From Candidatus Bathyarchaeota archaeon (lineage in GTDB: Archaea > Thermoproteota > Bathyarchaeia > Bathyarchaeales > Bathycorpusculaceae): a DNA stretch of 64,000 nucleotides. Made by a program: the position numbers and the translations under genes. The stretch spans positions 1 through 64,000 of the forward strand of contig CAVZKL010000022.1 of assembly GCA_963775895.1 (NCBI GenBank), written 5' to 3'. The notes under the pieces are model-generated. The model saw nothing but the letters and a program-made list of their open reading frames with translations, ran no database searches and was not told where the DNA came from. Shown here piece by piece: positions 31,132 through 42,083 of this stretch (position 1 is its first letter; the number at the start of each line of letters is the position of its first letter).

Positions 31132-32274
31132 TCACGTTTGCTCGAATATCCAAGCTGCTCTGTTGAGAACGTCTCTTACTGGCAGCTTCTGTGGGCAAAG
31201 CTCTTCACATTTTCCGCATCTGGCGCATCTCTTGGCTTGGCTTTCCGGCGTGATTTGCTCCCAATATTTTTTCTTGATTTCATCATTTTTGTCCTTCATG
31301 AAGTATTCGTTGTAGAGTGAGATTATTGTCGGTACGTTGACCCCTTGAGGGCATGGTTGGCAGTATCTGCAGCCTGTGCATCCTACGTAGCCGTATTGTT
31401 TGTACTGTTTTTCCACCCGGCTGATGAGTCGAAGTTCCTTCTTCGATAAACTGCCAGGTCCCGAGCGACTCGCGCTCTTCACATTCTCTATCACTTGTTC
31501 GATTGTGCTCATGCCGCTGAGTGCAACTGAGACTTCGGGCTGATTCCAAACCCACTGTAACGCCCACTCGGCAGGTGATCTCTTCTTTTCTGCTTTATCC
31601 CAAAGGGCGCTTATCTGATCCGGCGGTCTCACGCCCAATCTTCCGCCGGCGATCGGTTCCATGACGACGACCGCGAGTCCCTTTGACGCGGCATACTTTA
31701 GTCCTCGTGTTCCAGCTTGATAGTGGGCATCGACGTAGTTGTACTGGATCTGACATAGAGTCCAATCATCAGAGCTGTCTATGATCTTCTTGAACACTGG
31801 ATATTCATCATGAAAGCTGAATCCCGTGTACTTGATCTTTCCTTCATCTTGTTTTCTTGTAAGCCAATCCAGGACTCTCAGTTCACTCAGCTTTGTCCAG
31901 CGTTCACCGCCTAGACCGTGAAGAAGATAGAAATCCACATAATTCAGGCCAAGTCTTCCGAGCTGTTCTTCCAGATATTTGTCCATGTCTTCTTGTGACT
32001 TGACCAGCCACGTGGGCATCTTGGTTGCGATTCTGACTTTCTTTCTGTAACCATCTTGCAGGGCTTTCCCAACCAGTGTTTCGCTGTTGCCGCGGTGGTA
32101 CACATAGGCCGTGTCCAAGTAGTTTACTCCATGGTCAATGGCGTACCTTATCATTCGAATGGCTTCGGGCTCATTGATCTTCGCCGCGTCATTTCCGATT
32201 ATTGGAAGTCGCATCGCTCCAAAGCCCAGAGCTGAAACCTTCCAGTCTAGTTTTCCGAAGTTCCTGTATTTCAT
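31132..32274 (-). CDS. Aldo/keto reductase with a C-terminal Fe-S domain
   Basis: LGFGAMRLP, DTAYVY, CTGCRYCQPCP and CARCGKCEELCPQ. Confidence 0.92.
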   Translation of the reverse strand: MKYRNFGKLDWKVSALGFGAMRLPIIGNDAAKINEPEAIRMIRYAIDHGVNYLDTAYVYHRGNSETLVGKALQDGYRKKVRIATKMPTWLVKSQEDMDKYLEEQLGRLGLNYVDFYLLHGLGGERWTKLSELRVLDWLTRKQDEGKIKYTGFSFHDEYPVFKKIIDSSDDWTLCQIQYNYVDAHYQAGTRGLKYAASKGLAVVVMEPIAGGRLGVRPPDQISALWDKAEKKRSPAEWALQWVWNQPEVSVALSGMSTIEQVIENVKSASRSGPGSLSKKELRLISRVEKQYKQYGYVGCTGCRYCQPCPQGVNVPTIISLYNEYFMKDKNDEIKKKYWEQITPESQAKRCARCGKCEELCPQKLPVRDVLNRAAWIFEQT

Positions 32275-32320
32275 GAACCTTCCTCGACCGATTCATTGTG
32301 TGAATGAGGTGCGTTGAAAC

Positions 32321-35152
32321 TTACGATTTGATTTGTTTCTTCAGCGTCTCTTCGGCCTTCTTCACAGCTTCTTGCAGCTTCGAAGGTTGGGTGCCGCCGC
32401 CTTGCGCAAAGTTGGCGCTGCCGCCCCCTCCTCCACCTATGAGGACCGAAGCTACTCTGACGATTTCACCCGCATTCAAACCCTTCTCTATCGCGATTTT
32501 CCCAGCCATCACCATAATCCTCGCGTTCTTCTCATTTGCCCCGAAGAATATTACTGCAACTGCTTCGTCTTTCTTGATGATTTCGTTTGCTGTCTGAACC
32601 ATTCGTTCAACGTCGGTTGAGTCTTGAAAGTCTCGCAGAACGATTTTCACGCCGTTGACTTCTTCACACTTGCCTGGTGCTTCTACGCCTACTTCTGTGC
32701 TTTCTCGTGACGCAAGCTCCTTGATGAACTTTCTTCTTTCGGCGTTTGCTTCTTTCAATTCCTTGACAAGTTTCTCGGCTGTTTGGTCCAGTTTTTCAAT
32801 GGGGGCTGTCAGCGTTTCAGACACTTTCTTGAGTAACCGTTCATTGATTTGAACTGCCCTCACCGCCGACATTCCGACCGAGTATTCTAATCTTTCAACT
32901 CCGTCCTGCACTCTTTCCGAATGAATGATTTTTATGAAACCGATTTCGCCAGTATTCTTCAGATGGGTTCCCGCACACGCCTCAACGTCCCAGTCTCCAG
33001 CCCGTACCACGCGTATTTCTTTGCCGGGAACGACTCCACCCTGATATAGCCTATAGCCGTAGCGACTTTCAGCTTCGTTTCTGGGCATCCACGAAACATC
33101 GACTGGTATGTTTCTCAAAACAGCCTCATTAGCCAATGTTTCTATCTTCTGCAGTTCTTCCAGTGAGAGTCTTCTGTAATGGGAAATGTCCAGTCTTGAA
33201 CTCTCGACACCTTTCTGGGTTCCGAACTGCCACACGTGTTGTCCGAGCACGCGTTTTGCGGCTCCTCCGATGACATGCGTTGCCGTGTGGTTTTTCATAA
33301 GACCGTAACGTTTGTCCCAGTCAATCTTCCCCTTCACGATTTCCCCCTCCTTTGGGACGTCACCCTTGATCTTGTGGACGATTGCAACAGCAACCTTCTG
33401 AACATCGATTACCTCGGCTTTTTTGCCTTTGAACGTTATACTCCCACTGTCGGCCGGTTGTCCGCCGCCTTCGGGGAAGAAGCAGGTCCTGTCGAGCACG
33501 ATGAACTCATTCTCAACCACTTTCAGAACCTTGGCCTCAAATTCCTTCATGTACTGATCCTCATAGTAGAGGGGCTCCGTTGGTGGAAGATTTGCCACGG
33601 CTTTTTTGAGCCATTCTTCTGACGTGGCTTCTTGTTCAGCCGGTTTGGTTGCCGACATGTGTCTCTGAGCAATTAGAGTGTAGAAGTTTTCTGGGACGGC
33701 AACCTTGAGGTTTTCTTTTTCCGCAGCCTGTCGGACGATTTCTGGAGGAAGCCCATGCGAATCGTAAAGCTCCGTCAAAGTTTCCATGGGCACTTCTTTC
33801 TTGCCGTGCGCCTTCAATTCGTCGGAGATGCGTTTTACCATTCCTTCGCCGCGCTTGATCGTTTCTTCAAACTTTTCTTCCTCAACTTTTACCATTTCCG
33901 CTATTTCGCCGCGCATGTTCTTCAACTGTGGATAGTCCTTTGACCACAGGTCAACTTGCATGTCCATAATCTCATGAAGCTTGTCCTGTATTCCAAGGAT
34001 TCTCAGTAATCGGTATACTCTTCGAAAGATGAGTCTTGCCAAGTATCCTTCCTGTATGTTTGACGGGACGACGCCTTCAGAGAGTATGAAACTCAAGCAT
34101 TTTGTGTGGTCTGCGACTGCAAACGCGTTCTCGATGGGTGTTATGAACTTGTCCAGTTCAGACAATTGAAGTCCGGCCAAATGGGCTTCCTTTTTCCTCG
34201 TTTCCATTCTGCTGACCGTCTTATCAAGGTTGACCACCCCAGAGACTCTTGATACTCTAACGAGCAATTCCTTGTCGATTTTGGTGAGTCCAGCCATCTT
34301 GAATATTCTGTCCAACAGTTCTCCGTAGATAGCGTGAAAGCCGCTTGGAACTCCTTGTGAGATCCACGTGTAACGGTCTATTCCGTATCCCGTGTCAACG
34401 GTGCGGATGGGAAGTTTCACAAACTCGTCGTTGACGATTTTGTACTGCATGAAGACAAGCGTGTCTACTTCTAACCCTCGAATGATTGATTCGACGCAGG
34501 GTCCCGCGTTTCCGCCGCCGGCCCACACCGCTTCCTTGTAGGTTATCTCTTCAGGTTTCACGCCCAGATCTTTTGTCACCCATTGATGTTGGAACCTGAC
34601 GGTTTGGTCCTTCCAGTACACCTCTTTGTCCGGGTAGTTGAACGCGTGTGCGCCGCCCATCTCGAAAAGCGTCAGGTGACGCCCGAAGGTTGGACCAGTG
34701 TTGTCGATGTCCACCAGCCTTATGCATGGCTGCGAAATGACAAGTGGGTTGGCAGGCGCTGGAGCAAGTCCATCGGTTACGTATGGTTGGAAGTCGATTA
34801 TGCTTGCATGAGTAAGGTAGAGGTCTTCTCTCCACCTGGCTACAACGGGGTAAGGTTTAATGCGCGTATGACCATGTCTTTCGAAGAATGAGAGAAAAGA
34901 TTCCCGCATTTCTGGGAAGCTGTAACTCTTCTTTGTCGGTGGGTCATCAATGAAAGTGTATTCTGCACATCCCTTCGATGATGCTTCTTTGCACGTTTCC
35001 TGTTCAGGGTTCAGGGTCCAGAAGTGCGAATTGCATCTTGGACACAGTTTTCTGATGAAACCTGTCTCGTGGAAAAAGGGAAGATCGTACTCTTCTGCAG
35101 GAAACTTGTTCAATCCTGTTCGCTCCGATGATTTTGAAATTATGTGTCTCAA
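32321..35152 (-). CDS. alaS: Alanine--tRNA ligase
   Basis: QPCIR, HLTLFEM, VDTGYG, DHTK, LYDSHG, HTATH...CAGTH editing site and GGGGG. Confidence 0.97.
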   Translation of the reverse strand: MRHIISKSSERTGLNKFPAEEYDLPFFHETGFIRKLCPRCNSHFWTLNPEQETCKEASSKGCAEYTFIDDPPTKKSYSFPEMRESFLSFFERHGHTRIKPYPVVARWREDLYLTHASIIDFQPYVTDGLAPAPANPLVISQPCIRLVDIDNTGPTFGRHLTLFEMGGAHAFNYPDKEVYWKDQTVRFQHQWVTKDLGVKPEEITYKEAVWAGGGNAGPCVESIIRGLEVDTLVFMQYKIVNDEFVKLPIRTVDTGYGIDRYTWISQGVPSGFHAIYGELLDRIFKMAGLTKIDKELLVRVSRVSGVVNLDKTVSRMETRKKEAHLAGLQLSELDKFITPIENAFAVADHTKCLSFILSEGVVPSNIQEGYLARLIFRRVYRLLRILGIQDKLHEIMDMQVDLWSKDYPQLKNMRGEIAEMVKVEEEKFEETIKRGEGMVKRISDELKAHGKKEVPMETLTELYDSHGLPPEIVRQAAEKENLKVAVPENFYTLIAQRHMSATKPAEQEATSEEWLKKAVANLPPTEPLYYEDQYMKEFEAKVLKVVENEFIVLDRTCFFPEGGGQPADSGSITFKGKKAEVIDVQKVAVAIVHKIKGDVPKEGEIVKGKIDWDKRYGLMKNHTATHVIGGAAKRVLGQHVWQFGTQKGVESSRLDISHYRRLSLEELQKIETLANEAVLRNIPVDVSWMPRNEAESRYGYRLYQGGVVPGKEIRVVRAGDWDVEACAGTHLKNTGEIGFIKIIHSERVQDGVERLEYSVGMSAVRAVQINERLLKKVSETLTAPIEKLDQTAEKLVKELKEANAERRKFIKELASRESTEVGVEAPGKCEEVNGVKIVLRDFQDSTDVERMVQTANEIIKKDEAVAVIFFGANEKNARIMVMAGKIAIEKGLNAGEIVRVASVLIGGGGGGSANFAQGGGTQPSKLQEAVKKAEETLKKQIKS

Positions 35153-35269
35153 AGATTAACAAACCACGGGCATTTAAAGGATTTTGCCGTCGCTTTCCAT
35201 CCAGTTCTGAGGATACGCGGCTTGGTGGTTTGAGGAAGTGAACTACCTGCTACAATCTGCAGTGGGCTT

Positions 35270-35578
35270 TTATCCGACTTTGAGCCCGATCAGGAAACCT
35301 GCTACGAAACTTCCTGCAAAGGGAATAAGAGAAATGACGCCTACGATCCATGAGAACGCTGAACCGGATAGGCCCACTAGGCCCGAAAGCGCGCTCCATA
35401 ACGAGGCGTAGTTTATGTTGATTATCCCTTGCGTGCTGAGATAGATCAGCAGGATTATGAACATGCCCGTCAGGAAAAGAATCAGTTTGCTCAGCTTCTT
35501 CAGAGCAAAACCAACGATGAAGCCTCCGACTCCTCCGACGCCTAATTGAAAAACCAGAGGTGAGATCACTTCACTCAA
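35270..35578 (-). CDS. FUN14-family membrane protein
   Basis: LGVGGVGGFIVGFALKK...GIININY...FAGSFVAGFLIG; TTG start inferred. Confidence 0.85.
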   Translation of the reverse strand: MSEVISPLVFQLGVGGVGGFIVGFALKKLSKLILFLTGMFIILLIYLSTQGIININYASLWSALSGLVGLSGSAFSWIVGVISLIPFAGSFVAGFLIGLKVG

Positions 35579-35675
35579 GGCGAGTCTTCTCTTGTTGCTG
35601 GTAATTTGAGCTTGGTTTAAATGTGTTTTGCTGATAAAATAGGATACAAAAACTGTTTCATGGAGGTGAGCGAAC

Positions 35676-35930
35676 ATGGATGAGCTGTTGGCTATTTATT
35701 TATTGAATCTTGTACTGACTTTGGGCATGTTTGCGGTGCTCATGTTCAGAGCTTGGCTTGAACTGAAAAATTACCGTTTGATGTGGCGAGAGATGGAATG
35801 GCAACAAACATACCGCACTATGTCTAGGATACTTAAAGCGGAAAAGGATCTCTTTTCGAAAGTTGAAGGTGGCGACGAACTCTATCAATTGCTTCTAGAA
35901 GTCTTCAAGGCCGACGAAAAACACGTTTAG
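35676..35930 (+). CDS. Small single-TM hypothetical protein
   Basis: GGAGGTGA SD and an N-terminal hydrophobic helix. Confidence 0.7.
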   Translation: MDELLAIYLLNLVLTLGMFAVLMFRAWLELKNYRLMWREMEWQQTYRTMSRILKAEKDLFSKVEGGDELYQLLLEVFKADEKHV

Positions 35931-37267
35931 GGAAGATGCCATTGTTCAATCATAGGATCAACTTGATCACGGTGTTTTTCCATTCCATAACGGATAGCAG
36001 GCTTGGTCAAATGTCTTTGCGATCTTGATGCGGTGATGTACAATCCTCTTTTCACGTCGCGCTTCAGTCTCACCCTATCCTTTGTGAGCGAATTGTATCT
36101 TGAGCCACACTTGTCACACCTGAACCCCTTGTTTGTACCCATCGATTTCAGTCGTCTACCACATTTCAAACATATAGGATTCCTATATACGAACTGGGGC
36201 GCAAGCCTTAGTATTCTGAGCTTCTCGAGGTTTATCGTTAAGGGTACATCCCGTGAAGGGGGGCGGACGCCTCCGTAAACTTCGACGTTGTCACCCACCG
36301 CCAATTTTCTGACAACATTTCGCAAAGACCCTGTCGGTTCATAGGCTGCACAGTCAACCTCAGACGTTGCATCTCTGATCCGAAAGATCACGTGCCGTCC
36401 TCTGATCATTTGCGGGTCTGCTGAAACGGTTCCTCTAGTAACAACAGGATTGTAAGGTCTTATTTCAGACAGTTGCTCCACCTTTTTGAGATGCGCGTCT
36501 GTCCCTTGATTCGTGCGAAAAATGACCCATCTTTCGACAGGCTCCAGAGTCCTGACCATGCCAAACGCTCTCTTCACCGTTTCAGCCTTTTCACCTCTTA
36601 TGCCAAACAAGATAGGGTCTGGTCCTCGAGGCGTGATTATGATCCGTTTCTTCTCAATGTCCACGTTGTTGAAAGTGTACGGCTTCGTAGCTGCATCCAT
36701 TCTAAAAACGGATTCTTGGTCGACTCTGCGTTTTGTGCCCCAATTTTCGGGCTTGCGGTAAGCGATGATTTCGTAGGTGTGGTCAGCTGCAAGTGTTTCA
36801 CCTATGGCTGCGAGAGCTCCAATGATTCCTCTGCCGTCCTTGAACGCTAGAGCTTCGCCTCTGAACTTACCGATGAGTCTTATCGCGTCGCGAAGGTCCA
36901 CTATTCCTCTTGTGGCGTTCTTTGCAAAGAGCTGCACTTCGACCGGTGGCCTCTTTCTCTTGAGGAACACGATGCCTGGATCAGTGCCTCGGCTTTCAAG
37001 GTCTGACTGCTCTTCCACTGTTGAGACTACTGTCTCCTTTATCCTGGACTCGGAGTTTTCGTCGCATCGTATTCTTAGACAGAGGGCGCCGTTTCCCCTT
37101 GTTTTCCATGGAGCGTTGGGGTTAAGTCTTATCAGGTTCGGATAGTCGATGAAACTGGCACCGAGTTTTTCAAGTCTCTCCACTAGTAGAGCCGCAACGT
37201 ACGTCGTACATCCTTTTCTCGTGGAATCTGTGTCATCAATTCCGATGTGCAGTATGCTGTCTGTCAT
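35927..37267 (-). CDS. tiaS: tRNA(Ile2) agmatinylcytidine synthase
   Basis: HIGIDDTDS...CTTY, RLNPNAPWKTRGNG, TNQGTDAH, AAYEPT, a Zn ribbon and RHLTKP. Confidence 0.95.
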   Translation of the reverse strand: MTDSILHIGIDDTDSTRKGCTTYVAALLVERLEKLGASFIDYPNLIRLNPNAPWKTRGNGALCLRIRCDENSESRIKETVVSTVEEQSDLESRGTDPGIVFLKRKRPPVEVQLFAKNATRGIVDLRDAIRLIGKFRGEALAFKDGRGIIGALAAIGETLAADHTYEIIAYRKPENWGTKRRVDQESVFRMDAATKPYTFNNVDIEKKRIIITPRGPDPILFGIRGEKAETVKRAFGMVRTLEPVERWVIFRTNQGTDAHLKKVEQLSEIRPYNPVVTRGTVSADPQMIRGRHVIFRIRDATSEVDCAAYEPTGSLRNVVRKLAVGDNVEVYGGVRPPSRDVPLTINLEKLRILRLAPQFVYRNPICLKCGRRLKSMGTNKGFRCDKCGSRYNSLTKDRVRLKRDVKRGLYITASRSQRHLTKPAIRYGMEKHRDQVDPMIEQWHLP

Positions 37268-37355
37268 CTGGTGCAACTCGTCGGATTTTAGCTGAAAATG
37301 CCTGAGCGACGTAGATAAAGAATTGCTTGTTGTCAATAAAAAGGGGGGAGCGCTT

Positions 37356-37604
37356 TTACTTTGCTCCTTCTTCAACCACTATCATGGTCAACGTTGACCT
37401 AACCTTGTCCAGTCTTCTGACTTTCCAGGTTACGATCTCCTTCAAACGGTCCATCGTGTCTGCTTTTACTCGCGCGATAATGTCGTAAACTCCGTAAACT
37501 GCGTTGGCTTCTTCGACTCCCTCGACCTTCTTCAAATCCTTCAACACGTCCGCTTCTGAACCGATTTCTGTGTTTATCAACACGAAAGCTGTTGGCATTT
37601 GCAT
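37356..37604 (-). CDS. Stand-alone Lrp/AsnC ligand-binding (RAM) domain
   Basis: AFVLIN...VYGVYDIIARV...VRSTLTMIV. Confidence 0.9.
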   Translation of the reverse strand: MQMPTAFVLINTEIGSEADVLKDLKKVEGVEEANAVYGVYDIIARVKADTMDRLKEIVTWKVRRLDKVRSTLTMIVVEEGAK

Positions 37605-37742
37605 CTCCTCACCTATTGTTCGTTTCTATGCTTTAAAATATTTTGCTAAAGTACAGTCAAAACTGCTACACTCCGTCGTGCTGTTTTGTCAATGATTCAG
37701 CGGGCATGGATATGCTTATCTTCAAAAGTGCCTCATTACGTT

Positions 37743-39293
37743 ATGAGGACTCAAGACTTGGCGGAAGAAACCATCACTAGCCGCGAGATGCGCGCCCTTG
37801 AGATGAATTCTGAGTACTTCGGCGTTTCCAGACTACTTCTGATGGAGAACGCTGGACATTGCGTTGCCCGTCAAATAGGAAAGAAGTTCAAGCCAGGGAA
37901 GTCTGTCGCGATTTTCTGCGGTCTGGGCGGGAACGGCGGAGACGGTTTTGTGGTGGCCCGGCACCTCCTTTTGAAAGATTACAGAATCACTGTCATACTT
38001 GCTGGAAGAGGAAGGGAGATATCTGACAAGGCGGCACTTGAGAATTGGAAAGCGTTACAGCCTCTGGCAGATAGCTTAAGCATAGTCGAGGTTTCTGACA
38101 GCAGCTTGATTCCAGACGTTGAAACCGATGTCGTGGTTGACGCCTTGCTGGGAACAGGGGCGAAGGGAAAACTGCGGCCTCCGATCATGCAGTTGGTTAA
38201 AAAAATCAATTCGATGGAAGCATTCAAGATTGCCGTTGACATACCAACTGGAGTTGACGCTGACACCGGAGAAGTTTTAGGGGAAGCAGTAAAGGCGGAC
38301 ATGACCGTCACGTTTTACAAGCCAAAGAAAGGCCTCGTTAAGGCAAAGAAGCACGTTGGAGAATTGGTTGTTGACGACATCGGGTTGCCAAAAGAGTTTG
38401 AGCGTTTCGCAGGTCCAGGCGATGTCTTATCGGTTGTGAAACCTCGGTTGCCAGAATCACATAAAGGCGACTTCGGCCGTCTACTGGTCATCGGCGGAAG
38501 CGAAACGTTCTCAGGTGCTCCAACACTCGTTGCTCAAGCCGCGCTTCGAACCGGTGTGGACTTGGTTTATGTTGCTGCTCCAGAGAAGACGGCCTACGCC
38601 ATTTCTTCTTCGTCACCTGATCTCATAACCATAAAACTGAGCGGAAACCAGCTGAACCCCGGCAATTTGAACCAGCTGAAAAAGTACATAGAGGTATGCG
38701 ACGCTATTGCTGTCGGTCCGGGTCTAGGACTAGAAGATGAGACGAAGAAGGCTGTGAAACTGATCGTTAGTGTGGTTGAACGGACAGGCAAGGCTCTGGT
38801 TCTCGACGCAGATGGTTTGAAAGCGTTTGCAGATTTCAAAAGAAAGCTAAAGATCCCCCTAGTTTTAACGCCGCACAAAGGAGAATATGCGATATTGACT
38901 GGAAAGACACTTCCTGAAACGTTGGACCAGAAGGTTGTAGACGTGCAGAAGACTTCGGCAAGCTTGAGTGCGGTGGTGTTGTTAAAAGGGCATGTGGACA
39001 TCATCTCTGATGGTAAACGTGTCAAACTCAACTTCACCGGTAATCCAGGAATGACGGTGGGCGGAACAGGAGACGTTCTTACCGGCGTGGTTGGAGCTTT
39101 TCTCGCTCAACACGTTGGCTCTTTCGATGCAGCCGTTGCAGGGGCTTTCGTTAACGGCGCAGCCGGTGATTTTGTCTTTCGTGAGAAGGGCGCCCACATG
39201 GTTGCTTCCGATCTCGTAGACTGGATTCCGCATGTTCTGAACGATCCGATGGACCATTTGAAGGTGCAGATCACTGTTGCAGACACACGTTAA
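37743..39293 (+). CDS. nnr: Bifunctional NAD(P)H-hydrate epimerase/dehydratase
   Basis: LMENAG, GNGGDG, DIPTG, SHKGDFG, GPGLG, TPHKGE and GGTGD motifs. Confidence 0.95.
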   Translation: MRTQDLAEETITSREMRALEMNSEYFGVSRLLLMENAGHCVARQIGKKFKPGKSVAIFCGLGGNGGDGFVVARHLLLKDYRITVILAGRGREISDKAALENWKALQPLADSLSIVEVSDSSLIPDVETDVVVDALLGTGAKGKLRPPIMQLVKKINSMEAFKIAVDIPTGVDADTGEVLGEAVKADMTVTFYKPKKGLVKAKKHVGELVVDDIGLPKEFERFAGPGDVLSVVKPRLPESHKGDFGRLLVIGGSETFSGAPTLVAQAALRTGVDLVYVAAPEKTAYAISSSSPDLITIKLSGNQLNPGNLNQLKKYIEVCDAIAVGPGLGLEDETKKAVKLIVSVVERTGKALVLDADGLKAFADFKRKLKIPLVLTPHKGEYAILTGKTLPETLDQKVVDVQKTSASLSAVVLLKGHVDIISDGKRVKLNFTGNPGMTVGGTGDVLTGVVGAFLAQHVGSFDAAVAGAFVNGAAGDFVFREKGAHMVASDLVDWIPHVLNDPMDHLKVQITVADTR

Positions 39294-39795
39294 TGTGGTT
39301 GTCTACAACGCGAAACAGGATGACCCTCGAAAGTGTTCAGCGGCAAAGCTTCGCCGGTTCGGGTTGGTGCGCGAGGTGGTTCAGATAAGGTTTTTGCCGA
39401 AAAGGGCTGTCGTGCTCAATCCGTTCGCAGAAGTCGCCTTTTCTCCCAGCGACAGGGAGCGCATGGAGAGATACGGACTGGCAGCTCTGGACTGCAGTTG
39501 GGAACACGCTGAAAAAGTGCTTCTAACGCATGTCAGAGGAACATCTCGGTGCTTGCCAGTTCTGATTGCTGGGAACCCCGTGAATTTTGGAAAGGCGACC
39601 AAGCTCTCAACAGTAGAGGCATTGGCTGCGGCGTTGCACATCGCAGGCTTCGAGGATGAAGCAAGAAAAATGCTCTCCATATTCAAATGGGGACACACTT
39701 TTCTGGATCTGAACCACGACTGGCTGGAAAGCTACAAGAAGGCCAGAGATAGCAGGGAGATCGTGGAACTTCAGGAGCGTTTCTTTGGCACATGA
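39277..39795 (+). CDS. tsr3: 16S rRNA aminocarboxypropyltransferase
   Basis: DDPRKCS, LDCSW, GNPVNFG, LSTVEALAA and FKWGHTF motifs. Confidence 0.93.
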   Translation: MQTHVNVVVYNAKQDDPRKCSAAKLRRFGLVREVVQIRFLPKRAVVLNPFAEVAFSPSDRERMERYGLAALDCSWEHAEKVLLTHVRGTSRCLPVLIAGNPVNFGKATKLSTVEALAAALHIAGFEDEARKMLSIFKWGHTFLDLNHDWLESYKKARDSREIVELQERFFGT

Positions 39796-39829
39796 AAATC
39801 AATCGGGTGTCGATTAGGCGAGATGAGCT

Positions 39830-40402
39830 ATGAGTCATGCAGAATTTCATGTTGGGAAGACTCGAATTCGTCTCATTCAGGGAGACATCACCGACGTTGA
39901 TACGGATGCCATAGTTAACGCAGCAAACTCTTCTCTAATGGGAGGTGGAGGAGTAGACGGCAGCATCCACAGAAAAGGCGGCACCAAAATACTCGAAGAA
40001 TGCAAATTAATACGCGCTGTCGACTGGCCAAATGGTCTTCCGACGGGCAAAGCGGTTGTCACCTCTGGTGGAAACTTGAAAGCGAAGTACGTGATCCATA
40101 CCGTAGGGCCAATGTGGGAGGGCGGCTCGCATCAAGAGGCTGAACTGTTGGCTGACGCTTACAGCAACTCGCTAGAGCTCGCCGTTTCGAAAGCACTTAG
40201 AAGCATTGCTTTCCCATCGATTAGCACAGGAGCCTTCGGGTATCCTATCGAAGACGCGAGCAAAATTGCTCTAAGCGTCGTGAGACGTTTTCTTGAAAGC
40301 AGAGACGATCTTGACGAAGTGGTTTTCGTATTGTTCACAGAGCGTGACTTCGAAGTCTACAGAAAGAGTGCGAGTCTGATCCTAACCGACAGTCTACGTT
40401 AG
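39830..40402 (+). CDS. Macro-domain O-acetyl-ADP-ribose deacetylase
   Basis: GDIT, NAANSSLMGGGGVDG, IHTVGP and FPSISTG motifs. Confidence 0.93.
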   Translation: MSHAEFHVGKTRIRLIQGDITDVDTDAIVNAANSSLMGGGGVDGSIHRKGGTKILEECKLIRAVDWPNGLPTGKAVVTSGGNLKAKYVIHTVGPMWEGGSHQEAELLADAYSNSLELAVSKALRSIAFPSISTGAFGYPIEDASKIALSVVRRFLESRDDLDEVVFVLFTERDFEVYRKSASLILTDSLR

Positions 40403-40493
40403 ATGATAGCGAGTGCAGACGTCTTCCTAACATTGGTTCTGACGCTTTTGTCGGGTTCCATCGGAATTTGAAAAGACCGAGCCGTTTTGCGGT

Positions 40494-41267
40494 TCACTTT
40501 GCTTTCCACCTAATCAGAACTGTCACGATGAAGATTCCGATTCCTGAAATAACAACCAGCGGTCCAGTAGCTAAGCCCCAGTAGCTTGACAGAAGAATAC
40601 CAGAACAGGCGCTAATCAGTCCGAAGGAAGCGCTCAGTAACGCGTATTTAGACAGGTCACCGCTAACGTTCTTTGCTGCCGCCGCGGGGACTATCACTAG
40701 AAAACCGACCAGAAGCGTTCCCACGATTTTGATGCCTACCGCCACCACGAGAGACACGAGCAAGAGGTAAAGCAGGTTTATTCTGCTGATCTCGATGCCT
40801 TTTGAAATTGCCAGTTCCTCTGAAATCATTCCCAGTACAAGTTTCCTGTAAATCAATCTGGTCAAGATCACAGCTGCAATAGAGGCTGCAATGGCGGCAC
40901 CAGTATCAAGTATTGCCACTTTAGTTATATCTCCGAAGAGTGCTTCGAGAAGTTCGGCTTGTGGGATTATCAATACGCCGATGGCAAGGGCAAGAGTGAA
41001 CATTGCGCCAACGATTGTTTCATATGAGAGTTTTGTAACTTTGCCCAGATACCAAATGGCTACTGCTGAAGCAAACAGGAAACCAAAGGCTCCTAGGAAG
41101 GTAGGAAAGCTGAAAAGAATTCCTAAGGCTAGTCCTGGCAAGGCTACGTGTGAAAGAGCGTCGCCGACCAAGGCCATCTTTTCAAGGACCATGAGAGAAC
41201 CCAAATATCCTGCCGCGACTCCGACGAAGATGCCAGTTAGCAGGCTGAGTATCAACGACTCTAGCAT
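40494..41267 (-). CDS. Zn/Mn ABC transporter permease (ZnuB-like)
   Basis: GDALSHVALPG, LFGDI and VGTLLV motifs. Confidence 0.92.
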   Translation of the reverse strand: MLESLILSLLTGIFVGVAAGYLGSLMVLEKMALVGDALSHVALPGLALGILFSFPTFLGAFGFLFASAVAIWYLGKVTKLSYETIVGAMFTLALAIGVLIIPQAELLEALFGDITKVAILDTGAAIAASIAAVILTRLIYRKLVLGMISEELAISKGIEISRINLLYLLLVSLVVAVGIKIVGTLLVGFLVIVPAAAAKNVSGDLSKYALLSASFGLISACSGILLSSYWGLATGPLVVISGIGIFIVTVLIRWKAK

Positions 41268-41273
41268 AACTGG

Positions 41274-41969
41274 TCACGTCTTTTCGTCGGGCGTTCCAGC
41301 GCAAACGGTTTCACCGTATATTATCTTTTGCACCGATGGGGTCATAATTTCCTTTGATTCGCCGAAGAACGTGACGCACCTGTTGAGTGCAAGCAAGTAG
41401 TCCGAATATTCTCTGACGATGTGCACATCATGCGTGATCAGAAGTATGGTTATGTTCTGTTTCTTCTTCAGTTCTTCAAGAGTTGCAAAGATGGGTTCTT
41501 CGCTGTCGTGGTCGACGCCTGTTGTCGGTTCATCGAAGAGGAGAACGTTTGGGCTGTCCATCAGAGCCCATGCGATCAACACTCTCCTCAGTTGGCCTCC
41601 GGATAGTACGCCTAGGGTCTTATCCGTCACGTTCTTGTTTCCGAGTCTCACGGGGGAGAGGGAACTCTCCACGTTCACGTTGCTCTTGAACGACAAAAAA
41701 TCCTTTACAGAGATTGGAATATCGTCTACGGCAATGTTTTGTGGAACGTACCCTATCTTCACTTTTTGCGCCCATTCTATCTTTCCTGTATGCGGCACGA
41801 GGTTTAGCAGTGCTTTGAAAAGCATCGTTTTTCCTGCAGCGTTTGGCCCGACTACAGCTAAGGACGTTCCTCTCTTGAGCTTGAAACTCACGTTATCTAG
41901 GATGGTTTGATTCTGAAGTTTAACGCCCAGATTTGATACTTTTAACACGTAATCGTCGAGGTTGTCCAT
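41274..41969 (-). CDS. Zn/Mn ABC transporter ATPase (ZnuC-like)
   Basis: GPNAAGKT, IGYVPQ, LSGGQ and DEPTTGVD motifs. Confidence 0.92.
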   Translation of the reverse strand: MDNLDDYVLKVSNLGVKLQNQTILDNVSFKLKRGTSLAVVGPNAAGKTMLFKALLNLVPHTGKIEWAQKVKIGYVPQNIAVDDIPISVKDFLSFKSNVNVESSLSPVRLGNKNVTDKTLGVLSGGQLRRVLIAWALMDSPNVLLFDEPTTGVDHDSEEPIFATLEELKKKQNITILLITHDVHIVREYSDYLLALNRCVTFFGESKEIMTPSVQKIIYGETVCAGTPDEKT

Positions 41970-42083
41970 GGTCTACCATGGACATTTGATTGCACTACCA
42001 ATATAGACTTTGCTGATAAGTTCAATTATCTTCTAGGAAGTTAGACAAGGAGTTGGTTGCCAAAAAACGATTCATGTATAACC

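Noticed and set aside
40494-41969. Metal ABC transporter lacking a solute-binding protein
   Set aside because: The binding protein is often encoded elsewhere, so absence from this window is uninformative.
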